DNA from: Callorhinchus milii
Lineage: Eukaryota
Direction of reading: 5' to 3'
Assembly (NCBI RefSeq): GCF_018977255.1
Contig: NW_024704755.1
Location: 186,001 to 250,000, forward strand
Length of the DNA stretch: 64,000 nt
Below, piece after piece: positions 38,744 through 47,857 of the stretch. The notes under the pieces are model-generated. The model was not told the origin of the DNA and searched no databases. It saw nothing but the letters and a program-made list of their open reading frames with translations. Each line of letters opens with the position of its first letter. Position 1 is the stretch's first letter. The translations under genes were made by a program, and so were the position numbers.

Positions 38744-39529
38744 ATGCCAGCCAAAGCTGAGAGCTACTGTGAGGAGCTGCAGTGCCCACAGCCTCTGGAC
38801 AGTGTGCCAACAATCCAGCCCAGACCCCACAGGCTAAGTGCTGTGGTCTTGCTGTGCCTCCAAGTGATGTGCTGGCAGGCATGTGCCAGGACTCCCTCCG
38901 CTAACTACATTCACTCCCGTCACTAATGTCTTAATCTGATGCTGCTCTGGTGTTAATGGTCATTGTTTCAAACACCAGCAAGAACATGAACCAGCAGAGA
39001 CCCATCACTGCGGCTTTGCCATAACCAGACAGCGGTGTGAGTGAGAGTTACTGTATGTTCGTGTGTGATTGTGAGATACTGTGTGTTTGTGTGTTTTCAA
39101 TGCTGTCCTGCTATCCCGCGTGAAGAGCACTGTTTAAATGCGAGTATGTTCATCCCTCATCACTTCATTTTGTCTACCAACACACTACATTTTACAGTAA
39201 ATCCTGTGAAGCGCTTTGAGATGTCCTCCCAACGTGAAAGACGCTGTATCAAATGCAAGGATTGTTATTACTTCCTGGTTTTACAGCTAATCCGGCCATT
39301 GTTTCTGTGACCGGCTCATTTTAGTGAATACAGTCGAGGTCTGCGTTTCTGTGCGAGTGTGTGAGTCTGTGTGTTTGTGAGTCCGTGTGTGAGTGTGAGT
39401 CCATGTGTGTGTGCGAGTTTGTGTGTGCAAGTGTGTGTGAGAGTCCATGTGTGTGTGAGTCCATGTGTGAGTGTGTGTGTGCCTGACTGAGACCCTGCAG
39501 GTGTTTTGATATGTTACAGAAACAGTTTT

Positions 39530-39535
39530 AATAAA
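39530..39535 (+). terminator. Candidate KIAA0513 polyadenylation signal
   Basis: AATAAA; a second one at 39611-39616. Confidence 0.55.
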
Positions 39536-39852
39536 TTTCCATTTCTCTCAAGTGAAGCTAATGTTAATTTGGGGGGAGAGAGAGTCCGATTCTCTGCAGT
39601 AGCCCCTCCCAATAAAACAATTGCCTAAAGCAAGTCGTGGTTGTGTGTCTGCACGAGAGTCCATGATCGTACAGACCGTGTGCTGGTGTACAGCCCTCCT
39701 ATAGCTCCCAGCCCAGCCCCCTCCCACTCTGCACCAGCACTCAAACAAGAAGCTGGTATCAAACAATCTTTTCTGCTCATTTTATAATTTACTAACCTGT
39801 CACAGATACAATAATTTACATCTCAGTGTGTGTTTGTGGGGGGGGGGTGCTG

Positions 39853-42800
39853 TCACCAGGTGCCGGTTGTCAGCAGCACCCTGGCCGCCGCTCGGCGTTC
39901 CTGGCATCGGGAGCGTCTGACGTGCAAAGGTAACTGGCTGCAGAATGGGAAATATTCGTAATCGCTGGGGTCCGAGTGGGACGATTCCTCGCTGGAGGCT
40001 GAGGTCTGGTTGCTGGAGCCGAGCACTGAGCTGCTGTCTGCCTGGCTAGATAGCACTTCCATTGCCTTGGGAGCAGCGCTGTGTGAGGCTCTACTTGCCT
40101 GCCTCACACCACTGGCATCAGTCAGGCCCAGGGTCAGTCTAGCCACCACAACCTTTGGCTGGAAAGTGGGAGAATTCAACAGCTGCTTCTGAACCTGAGG
40201 AGAGAGCGGGGCACCGAGCAGAGAGGCCAGATCCCAGTCGTGCCCCCCGGACACCCCCCGCCCCTGGTGTACCGGCGACCCATCCAATACCCCATCCACA
40301 ATCCACAGAGCCGGAGGCTGGCTGTGCCGGGTGTTGCAGACAGGCAGGGCAGAGTGTGGACCTGCAGGTGATTCACTCCTGGATTCAGTGTCCACAGTTC
40401 GGTGACACGAAGCCTGAGAGAGGAACGGATCTGGAGGTGACAGGATCGCCAGGACTGAGGTTTCCTCCGGAGAATAGTCAAAATGAAGAGCAGAAAAGGC
40501 AGGATGGTTTCCTGTGGTGGCTGCGCTCGCCAGGCAGTCACTGTGGACACTGACCGACGTTTGCCACTGTGTCCCGGTGTCGCCGGCCGGTGCCTGTTCC
40601 TCCCCACGAGTCAAACCCATCTCAACGTAGGTATGAGCACCAGAAACTGTCTGGACTGCGGCGTGGCTCCTGGTGTCCCTGTTGCTCCAGGATCCAGCTA
40701 CAAAAGTCACATTTAAATACTCTGTGCACAATCTACACCATTGAGCTCAACCAGGATATAACCACCCCGGGGTCATCTGTAGTCCTGGGTTAGAGACACA
40801 GTAAAGCTCCCTCTACACTGTGTGTCCACACTCCCAGGTCAGGGTTACAGACACAGTAAAGCTCCCCCTCCACTGTGTGTCCACACTCCCAGGTCAGGGT
40901 TACAGACACAGTAAAACTCCCTCTACACTGTGCGTCTGTCCACACTCCCAGGTCAGGGTTAGAGACACAGTAAAGCTCCCTCTACACTGTGTGTCCACAC
41001 TCCCAGGTCAGAGTTAGAAACACAGTAAAGCTCCTCTACACTGTGTGTCCACACTCCTAGGTCAGGGTTACAGACACAGTAAAGCTCCCCCTCCACTGTG
41101 TGTCCACACTCCCAGGTCAGGGTTACAGACACAGTAAAACTCCCTCTACACTGTGCGTCCGTCCACACTCCCAGGTCAGGGTTAGATACACAGTAAAGCT
41201 CCCTCTACTGTCAAACAATGTGATTTTAACATGGGGGGAGGCAATAGTAGAAGTTTTTGCACTCACTGCTCAGGTCTTGTTGGTGCTGATTCCGGATCCT
41301 CTCAATCAGGGCCAGGAGGATATGGGGAATGTCGGAGTGATGATTCAGGATGGACACAAGGGCTTGTTCCTCTGGTGGCAGCCGGGCCACATCCACTGTG
41401 CAGGCCAGCAGCTGTTAACATCAGCACATCAGTCATAGTGGTGGGGGGGTGGGGGGCGAGAGCAAATGCTGGGAGGGGAGGGAAGGGCAGGGGGAATGCC
41501 AGAGTCTGGACTGAGCGAGTGCCAGGTTTGGATGTGTGAGTGAGTGCTGGGCGGGGTGGGGGAGTGCCGTAGGGGGTAAGTTTTACCTGATCTATCCTGG
41601 GTTGTGGCAACGCTCTCTCCAGTCTCTCCAGATATTCCCACAGCAGTTTCTGAGCTGCTGCCGTGAACGGTGCCCCGTACTCCTCCATCTCATCCTGTGG
41701 CAATAGCAACACTTCATTTACACCTAGAGTGAGAGCTCTCTAATCCCATTCCTTGCTCTCTCTCTACCCATCGTGTCTGTGTTTGTGCTTGCTCCCCCAC
41801 TGGAGCTCTCTACTCTAATCCCATTCCTTGCTTTCTCTCTCCGCATCATGTCTGTGCTGGTGCTCACTCCCCCGTTGGAGCTCTCTACTCTAATCCCATT
41901 CCTCGCTCGCTCTCTCTCCCCATCGTGTCTGTGCTGGTGCTTGCTCCCCCACTGGAGCTCTCTAACCCATTGCCCTGAGGGTACACTCTGTACAGGGGCA
42001 ATGATGGCTGTGCCACCCTCTCCTGCCTCAGGCTCACCTCCAGAAACTGCTTGCGATATTGGTCATCCCGGATCAGCAACAAAACCAATTTACGAAACTG
42101 CTCGTGGCACTGCCGGACTTTGTGCCGATCTCGCCTTGACTGTCAAAAAGCAAAGCAGACGTGGACAGTCAGAGTGAGACTGATGACAGGCTGAAGTGAC
42201 ACACACTTTACCTCACACTGGGAGGACTCAAAGCGCTTCACACTGTTTACTGAGAAGTCCACTGACTATATATATTGAAGATGAGGCGCGGCAGCCAACT
42301 TGCACTCACCAACATTCCACCAACAGCCATGGAGTGACTGACCAATTTTATTGTGTGATTGTTGGCCAGGACACCAGGAGAGAGAAACCTTTCTCTTTTT
42401 GAATTGAGACGTGGGATCTTTAATATCTTTAACAGCTGAATGGGCAGACCAGGGCCTCCGTCAGTCTGACGTCTGATCCAAAGACGGCCTTTCCAGCACC
42501 TCCAAAGCACTGCACTGAACTGTCAGCCTGAACTGTGTGAGCTCAACGTCCTAATGTAGAGGATTGTTACCGATCGCCTTCTGTCTCAGGGGAATGTATA
42601 CATTAAGGGAAATAAAGATATGACAAATTTTAGAGATTTGGGGAGAGGGGAGACCAGGTCACAACCAGACCAGTGGCTTGTATGCGGAGACTAGACTAAC
42701 GCTCAGGTGGGTGGGTGATGATCCCCCAGCCATGCAGTGACGACAAATCTTAAGCTAACACATAGTGGATCTGCCACTTCCCATTCACAACAATTGAACA

Positions 42801-45800
42801 TTTACACCAGTGTCAGCTACGTACCGCTTTCCGGTCGTTGGGAAGCTTCTTTGGGAAGTGGTTGTCTAGTGACTGAAGGATGTCCAGCAGACAGTGTCTC
42901 CGCACAAACATCTCCAGCAGCAACTGTATGGAATGGAAGCCGTGAGATTCCCTCTGATCTGACAGCAGTCAGCACTGGCCCAACAACAATTATATTACAG
43001 CAACTTGCACTTATATAGAGCCCTCCACCCAGCGTAGTGTCTCAGAGCGCTTATTTTTATAGCGCCTTTCATGTCAGGAGGACGTCCCAAGGCCCAGTGC
43101 CAAAGGGGTAAACTTTGCTGCCGAGGGCACCGTGCTTTATAATAATAATCCTTGCATTTGATGTAGCACCTTATCACTTCTTCGAGACGTCACAAAGCGC
43201 TTCACAGGATATAATGTAAAGTGAATTGATGGTGGATTTTGTGGGAGAAACAAAACAGCCAATTGCGCACAGAGGTATCGCACAAACAGTTGTGGATTAA
43301 GCTTTGTGTTAAAAGAACCTTAAATGGAAACGAGTGTGATAGAAGCTGTACCTTTGCTCTGAAAGCGAGGCAGACCTTGACGTGGTGACGATAACCGATC
43401 AGATATGGGACCTGCCGCCGCACTGTCTCCACAAAGTCCAGCACCCTGTGCGAATGGTCTGCCGATTGGTGGGTCACACTGCTCCACAATGCTGTGCTGC
43501 CCAGGCGAAGGGGCAACACCCCGTCCTGAGGGAGCTGAGCCCCGAATCCCACCAGGCAAACTACAAGATGCGTCCAAAAGCGTCATTGCATGTCCCAAGC
43601 GTTAGTCACCCTCACAAACTGTGCAGACGCACGTACCACTAAATAAATAGCTTGTGCTGCGCATCACTATCACAATCTCTCCAGGTGGATGAGCCAGGGC
43701 ATTGGTTATGACGGCACCGGCCAGCCTGGCTCATGGCAGCACTTGTAAGGGCAGACCAGTCACTGGGGCAGGGAATCCTCCCACTCAGCTCCTGTTAACC
43801 CTCCAAGCCAAAGCCCTAAAGGGTAGAGCGGTCCTAGCTGGACAAGCAACAATAAAATTACATTTGTAAAGCGCCTTTCATATCTGGAGGATGTCCCAAT
43901 GCACTGAGCAGTTAGGGAGCAGGACCCAAGCATGGGGGGAGGTGGGGGGGCAAGGTTGGGATGAGGGAGGGCAGAAGGGGTAGGAGGGTGGCTGAAGGCC
44001 CTCCTCAAAAAGGAGGGTCTTGAGTCGTTCCTTGAATGAGGCAAGAGAGGGAGCAAGGTGAAGGTATTGTGGGATTGAGTTCCGAAGAGTGGGGGTAGAG
44101 AGGCTGAAAGGCTGATGTGGGAGAGGACACAAGCTGTAGCTCAATGGTTAGAGCACTCGCTTTGCAAGTGAGAGACCTGAGTTCAATCCCGGCAGAGGGC
44201 GAAACCTTGGGCAAGTTTCCTTACTCCACACAGAGCCTAATAATAATCCTCCAAACCCAAAAACAATAATAAATTGGTCATTTTCAATCTACGACTGTTT
44301 GTGGGACATTGCTGTGCGCAATTGGCTGCCGCGTTCGCCCACAAATATACAGTCAATTCACTTTACAGTGTGTTCTGTGAAGCGCTTTGGGACGTCCTCC
44401 CGACGTGAAAAGCGCTATATCAAATGCAAGGATTATTAAACTGCAGAGTTCTGGATAATCTGCAGATTGTGGAGGGAATAGTTGTGGAGGCCGACAAGGA
44501 GGGAGTTTCCGTAATCGAGCCTTGAGGTGACGAATGCGTGTATCAAGGTTTTGGCGGTCTGAGGGGTGAGACAGTGGTGGAGTCGAGCAATGTTGCAGGG
44601 GAGGGGGGAGATGGCAGAGTGGGTCATGGCATGGATATGGGGGAGAAAGAACAGTTGACAAGACTCCTAGCTAAGCGGGAAAGCTTGCCAGAGAGTAATA
44701 TCCATGGCAAGCTAAGTGGTTTAAGCTAGTTAGACTCCAACAGTTGCACATTCTCAGGTACAGAGTTACCTGGCGACAGGTGACCAACGTACCTGCTCTG
44801 ACATCATTGAACACAGATTACATTTGTAAAGGAGGAAGGAAGGGAAACCCTGACTTTTGCAGTGACTGACCAACTGAACTTTTTTTCTTCCCCTTTTCTC
44901 TTCACCTTCTCTCTTCCTCTCTGTTTCAGAAAATGTGTCGGTGCATTTTGTTTTAATGCGATGCGAACAGTATTTTTTCTCTTTGTTTCTTTCTTTTCTT
45001 AAAGAAATCTGAACTCTTTTGCTGTGCCTTTTGTTGCAAAGGCGAATGGCAGCGTTGAGGTCAATGTCTGTAGACCATTTTCTGGCTCTGTGTATGTGTT
45101 GGTGGGGGGGGGGCGGGGAGGGGGTGGTGTTGAGTTGTGTTTGTGCATGAAAAAGAGGATTTTTTAAGATTTTTAATTTCCCTTCCCCCACCCTTGGGTC
45201 TTTCCTCATCCCCCTCCTTGCAAACTGTGTCATTTTCAGTGTTGCTAAGAGTTCATAAGAAAAAAATATCCTGGGTTTTCAGATTCAGGCTTTCGTTTAC
45301 ATATGTAAACATTGCTGTTTATAATAATAATCCTTGCTTTTGATATAGCGCTTTTCACGTCTTCTCGACATCTCAAAGTGCTTCACAGAATATACTGTAA
45401 AGTGAATTGACTGTATATTTGGGGGCGAAACGCGGCAGCCAATTGAACACAACAGCATTGCACAAACAGTCGTGCATTGAAGTGATCAATTTATTATTGT
45501 TTTTTTTCTTGAGGGATTATTATCAGACGTGTGGAGTCAGGAAACTTGCCCAAGGTTTCGCCCCGGCCGAGAATCAAACCCAAGCCTCTCGCTTGCGAGG
45601 CGAGTGCTCTAACCACTGAGCTACAGGACTCCACTGTTTCACTGATACAGGCTCTCCCCCCCCCCCACCATACACTGATACAGGCTCTCCCCCCACCACA
45701 CACTGATACAGGCTCTCCCCCCCCCCCCACCACACACTGACACAGGCTCTCCCCCCCCCCCCCACCACACACTGACACAGGCTCTCCCCCCCCACACACA

Positions 45801-46417
45801 CACACTGACACAGGCTCTCCCCCCCCCCACCACACACTGACACAGGCTCTCCCCCCCCCCCCCCCACCATACACTGACACAGGCTCCCCCCCCCCACCAC
45901 ACACTGACACAGGCTCTCCCCCCCACACACTGACACAGGCTCCCCACACACACACACTGACACAGGCTCCCCACCCCCCCCCCACACACACACACTGACA
46001 CAGGCTCTCCCCCCCCCCCACCACACACTGACACAGGCTCTCCCCCCCCCCCCACCACACACTGACACAGGCTCCCCCCCCCCCCCACCACACACTGACA
46101 CAGGCTCTCCCCCCCCCCACACACACACACTGACACAGGCTCTCCCCCCCCCCCCACCATACACTGACACAGGCTCTCCCCCCCCCACCACACACTGACA
46201 CAGGCTCCCCCCACACCACACACTGACACAGGCTCTCCCCCCCACCACACACTGACACAGGCTCTCCCCCCCCCCACACTAGTGGTCACACGCTGTCCCC
46301 GCAGCACTGACCTCTCACAGCCTCCTCCAGGCGATGTCGGCCGCAGTAATCCAGAATCCAGCTTTTCAACTCTGGGATTTTCAGACATTCGCTAACAGCG
46401 AACTCCGGGAATTCCAT
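39853..46417 (-). CDS. TINF2 (TIN2) N-terminal-domain protein, TINF2-like, about 537 aa if the predicted first exon is correct
   Basis: Minus-strand exons 46312-46417 (tentative; MEFPEF..EEAVR), 43352-43560 (LRLGSTALWSSV..RVLDFVETVRRQVPYLIGYRHHVKVCLAFRAK), 42825-42923 (LLLEMFV..LQSLDNHFP), 42038-42139 (SRRDRHKVRQCHEQFRKLV), 41587-41694 (EEYGAPFTAAAQKLLWEYLERLERALPQP), 41267-41411 and 39853-40697. Aligns with recalled human TIN2 ([54 protein letters not shown]). All phases are compatible with no internal stops. Confidence 0.88.
40785..41210 (-). repeat. Same 55-bp minisatellite, about 8 copies, opposite orientation
   Basis: Reverse complement of the 38300-38635 unit, in the last intron of the TINF2-like gene. 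Confidence 0.92.
41730..41975. repeat. ~75-bp tandem repeat, about 3 copies
   Basis: GAGCTCTCTACTCTAATCCCATTCCT..CATCGTGTCTGTG..CTCCCCCACTG recurs. Confidence 0.85.
42225..42590 (-). mobile_element. Old SacSINE1-like SINE
   Basis: GGCCAGGACACCAGGAGAGA..GGGATCTTTAA..CCAAAGACGGC..TGTCAGCCT, the reverse of the old SINE body. Confidence 0.6.
43846..44660 (-). mobile_element. L2 3' part with nested SINE
   Basis: LIHAFVTSRLDYGNSLLVGL..LQIIQNSA; TLRNSIP..FKERLKTLLF; tail. Confidence 0.88.
44134..44438 (+). mobile_element. Young DeuSINE nested in L2
   Basis: Same SINE consensus. Confidence 0.92.
44995..45100 (-). mobile_element. Possible hAT transposase C-terminal remnant
   Basis: Minus frame HIHR..DIDLNAAIRLCNKRHSKRVQI resembles the end of hAT dimerisation domains; short, judged by eye only. 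Confidence 0.35.
45321..45632 (-). mobile_element. Full-length DeuSINE variant, minus strand
   Basis: Reverse complement of the SINE head (GCTACAGGACTCC) and tail. Confidence 0.88.
45640..46280 (+). repeat. Minisatellite (CACACTGACACAGGCTCTCn), about 20 copies; left arm of an inverted pair
   Basis: Directly visible. Confidence 0.95.
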
Positions 46418-46467
46418 TCCTTTCACTACACGAGAATAGATCTCTCCCTGTGTCTCACCCTCTCCCT

Positions 46468-47476
46468 GGGTGGGGGGAGCCTGTGTCAGTGTGTGTGGGG
46501 GGGGGGGCCTGTGTCAGTGTGTGTGTGTGTGGGGGGGGGGTGGGGAGCCTGTGTCAGTGTGTGTGTGGGGGGGGATTGTGTCAGTGTGTGTGTGTGTGTG
46601 TGGGGGGGGGGTGGGGAGCCTGTGTCAGTGTGTGTGTGGGGTGGGGGGAGCCTGTGTCAGTGTGTGTGTGGGGGGGGGAGCCTGTGTCAGTGTGTGTGTG
46701 TGGGGGGGTGGGGAGCCTGTGTCAGTGTGTGTGTGGGGGGGGNNNNNNNNNNNNNNNNNNNNNNNNNNNNNNNNNNNNNNNNNNNNNNNNNNNNNNNNNN
46801 NNNNNNNNNNNNNNNNNNNNNNNNNNNNNNNNNNNNNNNNNNNNNNNNNNNNNNNNNNNNNNNNNNNNNNNNNNNNNNNNNNNNNNNNTGTGGGGGGGGG
46901 GGGAGCCTGTGTCAGTGTGTGTGGGGGGGGGGGTGGGGAGCCTGTGTCAGTGTGTGTGTGGGGGGGGGGTGGGGAGCCTGTGTCAGTGTGTGTGTGTGTG
47001 TGGGGGGGGGGGTGGGGAGCCTGTGTCAGTGTGTGTGTGTGGNNNNNNNNNNNNNNNNNNNNNNNNNNNNNNNNNNNNNNNNNNNNNNNNNNNNNNNNNN
47101 NNNNNNNNNNNNNNNNNNNNNNNNNNNNNNNNNNNNNNNNNNNNNNNNNNNNNNNNNNNNNNNNNNNNNNNNNNNNNNNNNNNNNNNNNNNNNNNNNNNN
47201 NNNNNNNNNNNNNNNNNNNNNNNNNNNNNNNNNNNNNNNNNNNNNNNNNNNNNNNNNNNNNNNNNNNNNNNNNNNNNNNNNNNNNNNNNNNNNNNNNNNN
47301 NNNNNNNNNNNNNNNNNNNNNNNNNNNNNNNNNNNNTGTGTGGGGGGTGGGGGAGCCTGTGTCAGTGTGTGTGTGGGGTGGGGAGCCTGTGTCAGTGTGT
47401 GTGTGGGGGGGGGGGGGAGCCTGTGTCAGTGTGTGCGTGTGTGTGTGGGGGGGGGGGGGGGGGGGAGTCAGTCAGA
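46468..47476 (-). repeat. Same minisatellite inverted (GnAGCCTGTGTCAGTGTG); right arm, contains two N gaps
   Basis: Directly visible; gaps at 46743-46888 and 47043-47336. Confidence 0.9.
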
Positions 47477-47520
47477 CAAGTCGCTACATGTTCTGAGCCT
47501 ATTACAGGGCAATGTCGAGC

Positions 47521-47650
47521 AGCCAATCAGATGGCAGTGTGGCTAACCAATCAGAAATCCAGACTCGCGCAGCCAATCAGCGGTCAGGTGTGACCCGACT
47601 GTCCAATCAGAGCGTGTGCCCAGAGCGAGGCTTCACCAACATGGCGGCCG
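47521..47650. promoter_or_regulatory. CCAAT-box cluster with YY1-like motif; probable bidirectional promoter for FAAP24 and the TINF2-like gene
   Basis: Four CCAATCAG copies near 47523, 47547, 47573 and 47603; AACATGGCGGC at 47638-47648. Confidence 0.75.
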
Positions 47651-47857
47651 GGGCTCAGCGAAGCCTTTGTCAATGCAACAGTTACTGACAATTGTCTGAG
47701 TCTCTGCAGCCAATCACTGGCGCCCACTGCCCCACTGGCGCCCACTGCCGCCCACTGCCCCACTGGCGCCCACTGCCCCACTGGTGCCCACTGCCCCACT
47801 GGGAAGGCTGTGGCCTCCCTTCCGGTCAAGCTTTCCTTTCCCTGAGCACAGAGCACA

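Noticed and set aside
46340-46385. Peptide ELKSWILDYC resembling the first helix of the TRF1/TRF2 TRFH domain
   Set aside because: Too short to distinguish from chance without an HMM search.
47641-47688. ATGGCGGCC as the FAAP24 start codon
   Set aside because: In-frame TGA after 15 codons; FAAP24 homology begins after ATG 47858.
47715-47800. CCCACTGGCG repeats as a second CTCF array
   Set aside because: Spacing does not fit the CTCF core well.
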